Assembly (NCBI GenBank): GCA_964462445.1
Contig: CAYWXG010000001.1
Span: 11,874 to 75,873, forward strand
DNA from: an uncultured Barnesiella sp.
GTDB taxonomy: Bacteria; Bacteroidota; Bacteroidia; Bacteroidales; Muribaculaceae
Direction of reading: 5' to 3'
Length of the DNA stretch: 64,000 nt
Shown here one piece after another: positions 32,235 to 42,652 of this stretch. Both the position numbers and the translations under genes were made by a program. How positions within the stretch are numbered: the first letter of the stretch is position 1; the number at the start of each line of letters is the position of its first letter. The notes under the pieces are model-generated. The model saw only the letters and a program-made list of their open reading frames with translations, was not told the DNA's origin and searched no databases.

Positions 32235-34058
32235 ATGCCTACCCCGTTAAGAAGCGCAACAAGTACATCAGGTCGCCGTATGGCCGGCGCACGTGCCCTT
32301 TGGCGCGCAAATGGTATGAAAGAGGAACAAATCGGCAAGCCGATTATTGCTATTGTCAATTCGTTTACTCAATTTGTTCCCGGTCATACTCATCTGCACG
32401 AAATAGGACAAATTGTAAAAGCAGAAATAGAAAAACTCGGTTGCTTTGCTGCCGAATTCAATACAATAGCGATTGATGATGGAATTGCTATGGGGCACGA
32501 CGGAATGTTATATTCTCTTCCCTCGCGCGATTTAATTGCCGACTCGGTTGAATATATGGTCAATGCCCATAAAGCCGACGCTATGGTATGTATCTCCAAT
32601 TGCGATAAAGTGACTCCGGGAATGTTGATGGCTGCTATGCGTCTTAATATCCCCGCGATATTTGTCAGCGGTGGACCGATGGAGGCAGGTCGTCTTGGTG
32701 AACGTGCCCTCGACCTTATTGACATTATGATAGATTCGGCAGATACTTCAGTTGATGATGCAACAGTTGCCGAGCTTGAACGTCGTGGTTGCCCTACTTG
32801 TGGTTCTTGCTCTGGTATGTTTACCGCCAACTCTATGAACTCGCTCAATGAGGCAATTGGCTTGGCTCTTCCAGGCAATGGTACTATTGTTGCTACTCAT
32901 GTCAATCGCACTGAGTTATTTAAAAAAGCAGCTAAAAAGATTGTAGAAAATACTTATGCTTTCTACGAAAATGATGATACTTCGGTGTTGCCACGTTCGA
33001 TTGCATCACGTCAGGCAATCCTTAATGCAATGACTCTTGATATCGCAATGGGTGGCTCTACAAATACTGTGCTCCATCTTCTTGCAATTGCCAATGAAGC
33101 CGGTGCCGATTTTAAGATGGACGATATCGATGCTTTGTCGCGCAAAACACCCGTCCTTAGCAAAGTAGCTCCTAATTCCCACTATCATATTCAAGATGTC
33201 AATCGTGCCGGTGGTATTTTGTCGATTATGAAGCAGCTTGCCGATGCCGGTTTGCTTGACACCTCAGTTAAACGTGTCGACGGGTTGACTCTTGCTGAGG
33301 CTATTGATAAATATGCGCTCGAAGGTAAGGCATTCGACGAAGAGGCAAAAGAGCTGTGGTTGTCTGCACCCGGTGAGGTTAAAAATCTCACTATGGGTTC
33401 GCAAAATGCCCATTACGCCACTCTTGATAGCAATCGCACCAACGGTTGTATACGTGATGTAGAGCATGCCTACGTTAAAGATGGCGGATTGGCGGTGCTT
33501 AAAGGAAATATCGCTATCGACGGGTGTGTAGTAAAAACTGCAGGAGTTGATGAAAGTATATTCCGTTTCCGTGGTCCCGCAAAAGTGTTCCGTTCGCAAG
33601 ATGAAGCCGTTGAGGGTATCCTCGGCGATAAAGTCATTGCCGGAGATGTTGTAGTTATAACCTATGAAGGACCCAAAGGTGGACCGGGTATGCAGGAAAT
33701 GCTTTACCCGACAAGCTATATAAAAGCAAAACATCTTGGAAAAGAGTGTGCACTTATCACCGACGGACGTTTCTCAGGTGGTACTTCCGGATTGTCGATA
33801 GGTCATATCTCTCCTGAAGCCGCTGCCGGTGGCAATATTGGATTGGTACGCGATGGCGACATAATCGAAATTGATATTCCGGCTCGTACTATTCGTGTAG
33901 ATGTGTCGGATGAAGAACTTGCTGCACGTCGATTAGTAGAAGAAGCATTTGGCAACGATGCCTTTACTCCTCGCGGACGTGATAGGGTTGTGTCAAAAGC
34001 TTTGCGCAATTATGCTGCGGCGGTGACATCGGCCGACAAAGGTGGAGTCAGAATGTAA
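32235..34058 (+). CDS. ilvD: Dihydroxy-acid dehydratase
   Basis: [26 protein letters not shown] and TDGRFSGG motifs. Confidence 0.97.
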   Translation: MPTPLRSATSTSGRRMAGARALWRANGMKEEQIGKPIIAIVNSFTQFVPGHTHLHEIGQIVKAEIEKLGCFAAEFNTIAIDDGIAMGHDGMLYSLPSRDLIADSVEYMVNAHKADAMVCISNCDKVTPGMLMAAMRLNIPAIFVSGGPMEAGRLGERALDLIDIMIDSADTSVDDATVAELERRGCPTCGSCSGMFTANSMNSLNEAIGLALPGNGTIVATHVNRTELFKKAAKKIVENTYAFYENDDTSVLPRSIASRQAILNAMTLDIAMGGSTNTVLHLLAIANEAGADFKMDDIDALSRKTPVLSKVAPNSHYHIQDVNRAGGILSIMKQLADAGLLDTSVKRVDGLTLAEAIDKYALEGKAFDEEAKELWLSAPGEVKNLTMGSQNAHYATLDSNRTNGCIRDVEHAYVKDGGLAVLKGNIAIDGCVVKTAGVDESIFRFRGPAKVFRSQDEAVEGILGDKVIAGDVVVITYEGPKGGPGMQEMLYPTSYIKAKHLGKECALITDGRFSGGTSGLSIGHISPEAAAGGNIGLVRDGDIIEIDIPARTIRVDVSDEELAARRLVEEAFGNDAFTPRGRDRVVSKALRNYAAAVTSADKGGVRM

Positions 34059-34119
34059 TACCGAACTATATTAATTGTAAAAAATTGCAGTACAATTTAA
34101 TAAAGGAAACGATAATTAT

Positions 34120-35832
34120 ATGAGCAATAAGATTAACGGAGCGGAAGCCCTTATCCGTTCGCTTATAAACGAGGGGGTAGACACGGTGTTCGGGTATCCC
34201 GGAGGCGCCATTATTCCTGTCTACGATAAGCTCTACGATTATACCTCACAGTTGAAACATATATTGGTGCGCCACGAGCAAGGTGCAACACACGCTGCTC
34301 AGGGATACGCACGCGCAACAGGTCGTCCCGGTGTTGTAATCGTCACATCAGGGCCTGCTGCTACTAATGTCATAACCGGACTTTCCGATGCACTGATGGA
34401 CTCAACTCCTCTTGTGGTCATTACCGGTCAGGTTGCATCTTCGTTGCTTGGCAGTGATGCTTTTCAAGAAACAGATGTTGTTGGTATTGTTCATCCTATC
34501 ACCAAGTGGGCTGTGCAAATCCGACGTGCGGAGGATATCCCGGCTGCAGTAGCTCGTGCATTCTATATTGCCAACAATGGTCGCCCCGGTCCCGTAGTCC
34601 TTGACATTGCCAAAGATGCTCAAGTTGGGTTGCTTGATTTTGAACCTGCTACATGCGACTATATTCGCTCATATATCCCTGTTCCCGCAATAAATAATGC
34701 CGATATCATAGAAGCTGCGCGATTGCTCAATTATGCGGAGCGACCTATGATAATCTCCGGTCATGGTGTAATGATTTCCGAAGCCGAAGAGCAACTGAAG
34801 ATGCTTGCTGAAAAAGCGGACATTCCTGTTGCCGCAACTTTGTTGGGATTGTCGACAATGCCTTCCGACCACCCCTTGTATAAAGGTATGCTTGGTATGC
34901 ATGGTAATATCGGCCCCAACTACAATACTAATCGTGCTGATGTAATATTGGCAATTGGTATGCGTTTCGACGACCGTGTAACAGGGCGTCTCGAGAGCTA
35001 TGCTCCAAATGCCAAGATAATACATGTCGACATTGATTCTTCAGAGTTCAATAAGAACGTGAAAGCTACGTTGACAATCCATGCCGATGCTCGTCAGGCG
35101 CTCGAAGCGCTCCTCCCGCACATTAACCAAACTCGTCGCGCAGAGTGGCTTGACTCCTTTGTCCCATGCGAAGAGGTGGAAACGGAAAAAGTTATCAACC
35201 CCGAATTGTATCCCGGGGAAGGCTTGATGAAGATGGGTGAAGTAGTCAATCTCGTCAGTCGTGCATTTGAAGATAAAGCTATCGGAGTGACCGATGTCGG
35301 ACAGAATCAGATGTTTGGGTCGCGATATTTCAGATTTACCCAACCACGTTCATTCCTATCATCGGGAGGACTTGGTACAATGGGCTTCGGTTTACCTGCT
35401 GCTATTGGTGCTAAAATGGGGTGCCCTGAGCGTGAAGTCGTTCTTTTCGTTGGTGATGGTGGATTCCAAATGACAATACAAGAGCTTGGCACGATATTAG
35501 AGTATGGCTCTGCGGTTAAAATCGTACTTCTCAACAATAACTTCCTCGGCAACGTGCGACAGTGGCAACAGTTGTTCTTCAACGGACGTTTCTCCCAAAC
35601 GCCGATGGTCAACCCCGACTTCGTTGCAATATGCGAAGCCTATGGGATTAAAGCCGAAAATGTAGATGACCGCTCTCAACTATCCGACGCTATTGATCGC
35701 ATGGTCAAGAGCAAGAGTGCATATCTGCTTAATGTGAATATCGACCCCACTGATATGATATTCCCGATGATACCTCTCGGTGCTGCCGTAGATGAAATGT
35801 TGGTTAACCCTAACGAAATGTTTAAACTATAA
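34120..35832 (+). CDS. ilvB: Acetolactate synthase large (catalytic) subunit
   Basis: ThDP enzyme pattern: GYPGGA, TSGPGATN-like TSGPAATN and GLGTMGFGLPAAIGA. Confidence 0.95.
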   Translation: MSNKINGAEALIRSLINEGVDTVFGYPGGAIIPVYDKLYDYTSQLKHILVRHEQGATHAAQGYARATGRPGVVIVTSGPAATNVITGLSDALMDSTPLVVITGQVASSLLGSDAFQETDVVGIVHPITKWAVQIRRAEDIPAAVARAFYIANNGRPGPVVLDIAKDAQVGLLDFEPATCDYIRSYIPVPAINNADIIEAARLLNYAERPMIISGHGVMISEAEEQLKMLAEKADIPVAATLLGLSTMPSDHPLYKGMLGMHGNIGPNYNTNRADVILAIGMRFDDRVTGRLESYAPNAKIIHVDIDSSEFNKNVKATLTIHADARQALEALLPHINQTRRAEWLDSFVPCEEVETEKVINPELYPGEGLMKMGEVVNLVSRAFEDKAIGVTDVGQNQMFGSRYFRFTQPRSFLSSGGLGTMGFGLPAAIGAKMGCPEREVVLFVGDGGFQMTIQELGTILEYGSAVKIVLLNNNFLGNVRQWQQLFFNGRFSQTPMVNPDFVAICEAYGIKAENVDDRSQLSDAIDRMVKSKSAYLLNVNIDPTDMIFPMIPLGAAVDEMLVNPNEMFKL

Positions 35833-35838
35833 TGAGTT

Positions 35839-36399
35839 ATGGAAAAACAATTATATACAATTTCGGTATTTTCTGAAAATAATGTCGGGGTTCTTAATCA
35901 AGTGACAATAATATTTACACGCCGTTGCATCAACCTTGAAAGTCTATCGGCAAGTGCAACTTCAATCCCGGGCATTCATAAATTGACATTGACAGCCTAT
36001 GGTGAACGTCGACAGATGGAGAAAGTAGTGCAACAAATAGAAAAACGTATTGATGTTATCAAAGCATTCTTGCACACCGACGACGAGATAGTTTATCAAG
36101 AAGTGGCTCTCTATAAAGTCCCAACCGACCGACTATTGATTGAAAGCAATCTTGAAAACATCATACGACATCACGGAGCAAGAATTCTTGACATAACTCA
36201 AGAATATACCATTCTCGAAAAAACAGGTCATAATAACGAAACAGAAGCTCTTTTCGAAGAACTTAAACGATACGATATTCGTCAGTTCGTGCGCTCTGGG
36301 CGTGTGACAGTTACAAAATCTCCGATTGAGCATGTGTCCAACTACATAGAGTTGATGGAGCGATTACATCCTACAACCAATACTTCCGACGCAGATTAA
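35839..36399 (+). CDS. ilvN: Acetolactate synthase small (regulatory) subunit
   Basis: ACT-domain start (ISVFSENNVGVLNQVT.IFTRR..N..SL). 6 nt after ilvB. Confidence 0.88.
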   Translation: MEKQLYTISVFSENNVGVLNQVTIIFTRRCINLESLSASATSIPGIHKLTLTAYGERRQMEKVVQQIEKRIDVIKAFLHTDDEIVYQEVALYKVPTDRLLIESNLENIIRHHGARILDITQEYTILEKTGHNNETEALFEELKRYDIRQFVRSGRVTVTKSPIEHVSNYIELMERLHPTTNTSDAD

Positions 36400-36465
36400 A
36401 TTATCGAATTAATATTTCATTAAAAAATATTATCTTTGCCGGAGTTAAAACAATAATTTTAGGAA

Positions 36466-37209
36466 ATGGAAAAGAAACTTACCGAATTTCGTACTGACTA
36501 TTTCTTGAGCGCAGCCGACTGCAATGCGCAGCAAGAAATCTCGTTGCCACTCCTTGTGCAAGGACTTTTGGATATAGCAACGGCTCATGCCAATGCTCTT
36601 AACGTAGGCTACCAGCGTCTGTTAAAAGATAACAATGCGTGGGTATTGTCCCGACTGAGTATCGAACTTTCGCATTTCCCTTCGGTAAATAAATCATATA
36701 GCTTGACCACATGGGTGGAAGATTTAAATCGTCACTACTCAGAGCGTATCGTAGAAATTCGCGACGAAAATGAGGCGGTGATTGGCTATGGACGATTGAC
36801 ATGGGTGGCAATAAATATAACGACACGTCGACCGGCCGATCTTACGCCTTTGCTTGATGATATCGTGCCGAGTCGAAATCGTTGTCCCATAGAGCGAGCA
36901 CCTCGAATGGGGGCAATAGGAACGCCCGACAGAGTATCGACATATCAATTCCGTTATTCCGACATTGATTTCAATCGCCACGTTAACTCCACAAAATATA
37001 TTCAACTTATATTGGATCGTTGGGGACTTGACCATTTCGACCACAATCAAGTGTGTCGTTTCGACATATCATATCATGCCGAAGCCCATTTTGGTGATGT
37101 TGTCGAAGTGAGAAGCAAGGGAGATGATGAAATTCAAGATATCGAAATCGCGCGCGATGGTGCCGTTTGCACGCGAGCTCGGATAAAATTCACTTCTCGC
37201 AATCAATAG
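36466..37209 (+). CDS. Acyl-ACP thioesterase (FatA/B-like double hotdog)
   Basis: 247 aa with YSDIDFNRHVNSTKY motif typical of acyl-ACP thioesterases. Embedded in the ilv operon. Confidence 0.78.
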   Translation: MEKKLTEFRTDYFLSAADCNAQQEISLPLLVQGLLDIATAHANALNVGYQRLLKDNNAWVLSRLSIELSHFPSVNKSYSLTTWVEDLNRHYSERIVEIRDENEAVIGYGRLTWVAINITTRRPADLTPLLDDIVPSRNRCPIERAPRMGAIGTPDRVSTYQFRYSDIDFNRHVNSTKYIQLILDRWGLDHFDHNQVCRFDISYHAEAHFGDVVEVRSKGDDEIQDIEIARDGAVCTRARIKFTSRNQ

Positions 37210-37306
37210 TATTTAAAAATACAGCTAAAAAGCTGTTTAAAAATAAAAATTTACATAAAAAGCGAAATATTTATCGCAAATTGCAAGGAAAATTGCAAAA
37301 ATTGTG

Positions 37307-37314
37307 TAAATTTG
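37307..37314 (+). promoter_or_regulatory. -7 box TAAATTTG upstream of ilvC (possible internal promoter)
   Basis: TAnnTTTG match 51 nt upstream of the ATG at 37365. Preceded by two TTGCAA palindromes. Confidence 0.35.
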
Positions 37315-37364
37315 CATCAAAATAAAGGTACAATATTTTAAGAACCAAAATAATTGCTCAAATC

Positions 37365-38408
37365 ATGGCAAAAATGAATTTTGGAGGTGTGGAAGAAAAT
37401 GTTGTTATCCGCGACGAATTCCCCCTCGAGAAAGCACGCGAAGTGCTCAAAGATGAAACAATCGCAGTGATAGGTTATGGCGTTCAAGGCCCCGGTCAGA
37501 GTATGAACCTCCGCGACAATGGATTCAACGTAATCGTTGGTCAGCGTGCCGGAAAAACTTTCGACAAAGCAATCGCCGATGGTTGGGTGCCCGGTGAAAC
37601 TCTTTTCTCAATTGAAGAAGCTGCTGAGCGCGCAACTATAATTATGTGTCTGCTTTCTGATGCTGCTGTAATGTCAGTATGGCCTACATTGAAACAATAT
37701 CTCACTCCCGGTAAAGCGCTATATTTCTCTCACGGATTTGCTATTACTTGGAGCGATCGTACAGGTGTTGTCCCTCCTGCCGACGTTGATGTTATCATGG
37801 TTGCACCAAAAGGCTCGGGTACTTCTTTGCGTACTATGTTCCTTGAAGGTCGTGGCTTGAACTCTTCTTACGCTATCTATCAGGACGTTACAGGTCGTGC
37901 CTACGATCGCACAATCGCTCTTGGTATCGGTGTAGGTTCCGGTTACCTCTTCGAAACTACTTTCCAACGCGAAGCTACTTCCGACCTTACAGGTGAACGT
38001 GGTTCTCTCATGGGTGCTATCCAAGGTCTTCTCCTTGCTCAATACGAAGTGCTACGTGAAAATGGACACACTCCTTCTGAGGCTTTCAACGAAACAGTGG
38101 AAGAACTCACTCAGTCACTCATGCCTCTATTTGCTAAAAACGGTATGGACTGGATGTATGCTAATTGTTCTACAACTGCACAACGTGGTGCTTTGGACTG
38201 GATGGGTCCGTTCCACGATGCTATCAAACCCGTAGTTGAAAAACTCTACAATAGCGTTAAAACCGGTAACGAAGCACAAATCTCTATCGACGCTAACTCT
38301 AAGCCCGACTATCGCGTTGGTCTTGAAGAAGAACTCAAAGCGTTGCGTGAAAGCGAAATGTGGCAAACTGCCGTTACTGTTCGCAAACTTCGCCCCGAAA
38401 ACAACTAA
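37365..38408 (+). CDS. ilvC: Ketol-acid reductoisomerase (class I)
   Basis: IGYGVQGPGQSMNLRDNG Rossmann motif and FSHGF motif. 347 aa. Confidence 0.97.
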   Translation: MAKMNFGGVEENVVIRDEFPLEKAREVLKDETIAVIGYGVQGPGQSMNLRDNGFNVIVGQRAGKTFDKAIADGWVPGETLFSIEEAAERATIIMCLLSDAAVMSVWPTLKQYLTPGKALYFSHGFAITWSDRTGVVPPADVDVIMVAPKGSGTSLRTMFLEGRGLNSSYAIYQDVTGRAYDRTIALGIGVGSGYLFETTFQREATSDLTGERGSLMGAIQGLLLAQYEVLRENGHTPSEAFNETVEELTQSLMPLFAKNGMDWMYANCSTTAQRGALDWMGPFHDAIKPVVEKLYNSVKTGNEAQISIDANSKPDYRVGLEEELKALRESEMWQTAVTVRKLRPENN

Positions 38409-38454
38409 TCGAGATAATTGCTTAAATGCTATAATAAAGCATTTTAAAGATACT

Positions 38455-38494
38455 GAAACGGGAAGAGCCTTGTGCCACTTCCCGTTTCTTTTTA
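38455..38494 (+). terminator. Intrinsic terminator after ilvC
   Basis: 11-bp stem GAAACGGGAAG / CTTCCCGTTTC with a 12-nt loop, followed by a T-tract. Confidence 0.75.
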
Positions 38495-38590
38495 TTATTT
38501 TTCGATTCATGTTACATCCTGATTAATTCAATGTTTTTACCGCGAGTGAAAGGATATTGGATGTAAAACGTCAAATATACCTGAATAAAT

Positions 38591-39499
38591 TTACAATTCA
38601 AGATATACCACGACGGGGTAGTGGTCGGAAATAGTGCGTAGTGGGCGTTTCGACAATTTGATTTCAAGTGGAGCATCGTTGCCTTGATGTTGCTCTTCGT
38701 TTGCGTCGGTTTCCCAATACATGTCGGTCAAAATGCCGTATCGGTCGACTTTTATAGTCGGGCTTACAAAGATATGGTCGATGCGCGATTGAGTGTGGTG
38801 TGCCGGGTCAAATGAATTAAATGTGCCGTTGGGGGCAAAGCGATATTTTGCACTCTCGTAAGTGTCGGCAAGTAGTCCCGATGTTGAGAATATATTGTAG
38901 ATTTCGTTGGATTGGTCTACGTTAAAGTCTCCGGACAAAATCACGGTGGCATCATCGCCGGCAATCTCTTTTATTTTGTCGATTATGAGTTTGCTACCTT
39001 CGCGACGTGCTACAATCCCAATGTGGTCCATGTGCATATTGAAATAGAAGAATTGCTTTCCCTTTGTGGTCGCGAAGTGTCCCCATGTACATATGCGGGT
39101 ACATGCTCCGTCCCAACCTTTCGAAGGACGGTCGGGCGTTTCCGATATCCAAAAATTACCGGAATTAATCAACTTTACGCGCTCTCGGTTATAGAAAATT
39201 GCGGAATACTCTCCATCTTCTTTCCCATCTTCGCGTGCCACTCCTATATAGGAGTATTGTGGCATCAGTTCGAGAATATCCTTTACTTGACTTGCGATTA
39301 ATTCTTGAGTGCCAAATAGGTCGGGGTTGATAAATAGAAGTTGGTCGGTAGCATATTTGCAACGCTGTTTCCACCCGTTGCCTGCCGATGCGTCCCAATC
39401 ATTTTCGTATCGTAGATTGTAGGATACTACTGTAAGTTCCGATGCCAATGCACTGAACGATACGGTGATTATAGCAATAAGTGTGAGTAGTTTTTTCAT
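38591..39499 (-). CDS. Secreted endonuclease/exonuclease/phosphatase (EEP) family protein
   Basis: Signal peptide from the internal ATG (MKKLLTLIAIITVSFSALA), VVSYNLRYEN, GTQE and C-terminal SDHYPV motifs. Confidence 0.8.
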   Translation of the reverse strand: MKKLLTLIAIITVSFSALASELTVVSYNLRYENDWDASAGNGWKQRCKYATDQLLFINPDLFGTQELIASQVKDILELMPQYSYIGVAREDGKEDGEYSAIFYNRERVKLINSGNFWISETPDRPSKGWDGACTRICTWGHFATTKGKQFFYFNMHMDHIGIVARREGSKLIIDKIKEIAGDDATVILSGDFNVDQSNEIYNIFSTSGLLADTYESAKYRFAPNGTFNSFDPAHHTQSRIDHIFVSPTIKVDRYGILTDMYWETDANEEQHQGNDAPLEIKLSKRPLRTISDHYPVVVYLEL

Positions 39500-39573
39500 G
39501 GTAGTGTTAGGGTTGTTAAAAAAATATACACCTTGGGACAACATGCCCAAGGTGTAGCTATAATAAGGTGATA

Positions 39574-40551
39574 TTAAAATGCAGAAGGCTTGAGTTGCAA
39601 TCCGGTGCGCTCTGATAGCCCGAAAAGCAAATTCATGTTGTGAACAGCTGTTCCCGACGCTCCTTTAAGCAAATTGTCGATTACCGAGGTGATGAGCAAT
39701 TTCCCGTCAACCTTTTCCAAGTGAATGATACACTTGTTGGTATTGACAACATCTTTCAAATCGGCCTGCTTATCGGTTATGAAGGTGAAAGAATGGTCCT
39801 CGTAGGCTTCTTCATAGAGGTTGCGAATTGTTTCGATATCCTCTTCGATGTCTAAGTAGACAATTGCCATAATTCCGCGAGAAAAACATCCGCGCACAGG
39901 TACAAAGTTGATTTCTGCATCAAAGTCGGGTTGTAATTCACGCATTGTCTGCTTGATTTCTCCGAGATGCTGATGACGGAACGGTTTGTATATCGACACG
40001 TTGTCATTGCGCCATGAGAAATGCGAGGTTGCCGAGGGTTTAACTCCGGCTCCGGTGCTTCCTGTGATTGCTGTAACGTGAATATCACTTTTGATAAGGT
40101 GGTTTTTGGCTAAGGGGAGCAATGCCAACTGAATGGCTGTCGCAAAGCATCCGGGATTGGCCACATGCTTTGCTCCGCGTACCATAGGCTTACGGTTCCA
40201 TTCCGGCAAGCCATATACAAAATCATGCTCATCTTCGCTATCTTTCAATCTGAAATCATTGCTCAAGTCGATGATTTTGACATCCTCAGGAATAGGATTT
40301 TCCTTTAAGAATGTGCGAGATTGACCGTGAGGAGTGCAGAAGAATACTACATCAACCTCGCTCCAATCTGTCGTATCGCTGAAGCGAAGTGAAGTCTCTC
40401 CAATCAATCCTTGGTGAATGTCGGTGACCGGATTTCCGGCATTGGAGGTAGAGTGAATCCACGATATCTCTACATCGGGGTGATTGAGTAGAAGACGTAT
40501 TAACTCTCCTGCGGTGTAACCCGCGCCCCCTATTATACCTGCTTTTATCAT
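39574..40551 (-). CDS. argC: N-acyl-gamma-glutamyl-phosphate reductase
   Basis: GGAGYTAGELIRLL N-terminus and active-site NPGCFAT motif. Confidence 0.95.
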   Translation of the reverse strand: MIKAGIIGGAGYTAGELIRLLLNHPDVEISWIHSTSNAGNPVTDIHQGLIGETSLRFSDTTDWSEVDVVFFCTPHGQSRTFLKENPIPEDVKIIDLSNDFRLKDSEDEHDFVYGLPEWNRKPMVRGAKHVANPGCFATAIQLALLPLAKNHLIKSDIHVTAITGSTGAGVKPSATSHFSWRNDNVSIYKPFRHQHLGEIKQTMRELQPDFDAEINFVPVRGCFSRGIMAIVYLDIEEDIETIRNLYEEAYEDHSFTFITDKQADLKDVVNTNKCIIHLEKVDGKLLITSVIDNLLKGASGTAVHNMNLLFGLSERTGLQLKPSAF

Positions 40552-40559
40552 AGTGATGA

Positions 40560-41774
40560 TTATTTGTTATCGTCGCGACCGTTGCGCTTTTGAATATCGT
40601 GATATATCTTCATTTGGTTGCCGAGGATGCGAGTAAATCCTTTAATATCGTCGGCGGTCCATGCGCGAGAAAGCTCGCCATATTCCCCAAATGAAGTCTT
40701 CATGAGGTCAAATTTGCTGTCTACGCCTACCAAGATGTAGCGATAGGGTTTTAACTCTACGATTACTCGTCCGGTTACGTTGCGTTGTGACTTTTCAAGG
40801 AATGCCTCTATGTCGCGCATTACGGGTTCGAGATATTGAGCTTCGTGGAGGAACATTCCGTACCATGTGCCCAATTGGTCTTTCCAATATTGCTGCCACT
40901 TGGTAAGGGTGTGTTTTTCGAGCATCTTATGTGCTGCGATAATCAATAATGGTGCTCCTGCTTCAAAACCAACGCGTCCCTTGATACCGATGATTGTGTC
41001 ACCGATGTGCATATCGCGACCGATAGCATAGGGGGCGGTTAGCTCTTCAAGTTTCTGAATTGCTGCGACTTTATCTTCATATTCCACACCATTGATTCCC
41101 GCAATTTCTCCATCTTTGAAGTCGATTGTCAAAGTAGTGTCGACAGTTGCTGTCATCTGGGTAGGATATGCTTCTTCCGGAAGTGTTTGGTCGGAATGAA
41201 GTGTCTCTTTCCCGCCTACTGATGTGCCCCACAATCCTTTGTTGATTGAGTATTCCAATTTGGTGAAATCAGCTTCAAATCCATGTTCTTTCAAATAGTT
41301 GATTTCATATTCGCGAGTGAGGTTCATATCGCGAGTTGGAGTGATGATTTCAATTTCGGGAGCGAGTATTTGGAACGTGAGGTCGAAACGCACTTGGTCA
41401 TTACCGGCGCTTGTCGAACCGTGGGCTACGCAATCTGCATTGATGCTCTTTGCATATTCGATAATTGCAATAGCTTGGAATATACGCTCTGATGACACTG
41501 AAATCGGGTAGGTGCCATTGCGAAGCACGTTGCCGAATATCATATATTTGATAGAGCGTTCGTAGTACTCTTTCGTCACATCAAGTGTTACGTGTTCAAC
41601 TGCTCCAAGAGCCAATGCGCGACGTTCGATTTCTTTGAGTTCTGACTCTGAAAATCCACCGGTATTGGCAATTGCGGTATAAACTTCATATCCACATTCT
41701 TCCGATAGGTATTTCACAGCATACGAGGTGTCCAAGCCTCCTGAAAATGCCAAAACTACCTTTTTCTTTTCCAT
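40560..41774 (-). CDS. argG: Argininosuccinate synthase
   Basis: AFSGGLDTS N-type ATP pyrophosphatase motif. 404 aa. Confidence 0.95.
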   Translation of the reverse strand: MEKKKVVLAFSGGLDTSYAVKYLSEECGYEVYTAIANTGGFSESELKEIERRALALGAVEHVTLDVTKEYYERSIKYMIFGNVLRNGTYPISVSSERIFQAIAIIEYAKSINADCVAHGSTSAGNDQVRFDLTFQILAPEIEIITPTRDMNLTREYEINYLKEHGFEADFTKLEYSINKGLWGTSVGGKETLHSDQTLPEEAYPTQMTATVDTTLTIDFKDGEIAGINGVEYEDKVAAIQKLEELTAPYAIGRDMHIGDTIIGIKGRVGFEAGAPLLIIAAHKMLEKHTLTKWQQYWKDQLGTWYGMFLHEAQYLEPVMRDIEAFLEKSQRNVTGRVIVELKPYRYILVGVDSKFDLMKTSFGEYGELSRAWTADDIKGFTRILGNQMKIYHDIQKRNGRDDNK

Positions 41775-41861
41775 ATCTTTGTTTGTTTTTTTTGATTCTA
41801 TGTTGTGTTGCTTTGCTGATATCGTTCTGTTTTAATCGGGCTATCAGCAATGCAATGTGTT

Positions 41862-42458
41862 TTATTTCTCTTCTTCTGTGTTTGAATTGTTGGCCAATTC
41901 CGGGTGATATTTGGTCTCTGCCGGGTCAAATAATAATCCGGTGCATAGACATTTATGCCCACCGTTGCGCTGAAGGATGTCGTAGTTGACACAACTTTCG
42001 CATCCGCGCCAGAATGCTTCGTCGGTGGTTAATTCATCAAATGTCACGGGGCGGTATCCCAATTCAAAATTCATCTTCATCACTGCGGCTCCCGTAGTCA
42101 ATGAGAATATTTTGGCTTTAGGAAACATCTCGCGTGAGAGTTGGAAAATTCGTTGTTTGATGCGCTTGGCTACGCCGTGATTGCGAAACTCGTTGGCGAC
42201 AATCAATCCTGAATTAGCTACAAATTGTTTGTTGCTCCAACATTCAATATAGCTAAATCCGGCAAATTTGTCTCCGCACAAGGCGATTACTGCCTTATTT
42301 TCAAGCATCTTTTGCTTTACATACTCGGGCGAACGCTTCGCGATACCCGTTCCACGCACTTTTGCTGCGCGGTTGATGGTGTCGAGGATTTCTTCTACAT
42401 ATTTCACATGTTCCTCGGTCGAAACTACTACGTCAATCTTTGGTGAAGATTCTTCCAT
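41862..42458 (-). CDS. Arginine-operon GNAT acyltransferase with C-terminal Cys/His cluster (candidate glutamate N-acyltransferase)
   Basis: GNAT core (FRNHGVAKRIKQR). C-terminal CESC-x11-HKCLC. Located between argR and argG. Confidence 0.7.
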   Translation of the reverse strand: MEESSPKIDVVVSTEEHVKYVEEILDTINRAAKVRGTGIAKRSPEYVKQKMLENKAVIALCGDKFAGFSYIECWSNKQFVANSGLIVANEFRNHGVAKRIKQRIFQLSREMFPKAKIFSLTTGAAVMKMNFELGYRPVTFDELTTDEAFWRGCESCVNYDILQRNGGHKCLCTGLLFDPAETKYHPELANNSNTEEEK

Positions 42459-42536
42459 TTCGTTCTTTGTCTGCTTATTGACTCTTTTCGCTTGAGCCTA
42501 TGTCCTATTAATTTATGATGTTAATAAAAAAGTATG

Positions 42537-42544
42537 CAAAATTA
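42537..42544 (-). promoter_or_regulatory. Candidate -7 box (TAATTTTG on minus strand) upstream of the GNAT-argG-argC genes
   Basis: Plus-strand CAAAATTA, about 80 nt upstream of the start at 42458. Confidence 0.4.
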
Positions 42545-42652
42545 CGCTTTTTTGACCGATTTTACAACTTTTTTCCATGATACTGCCAATATTTTCAATC
42601 TATTGAAGATTAAATAGGACTTTTCGGACAATTTTTGACATTTATAGCTATA

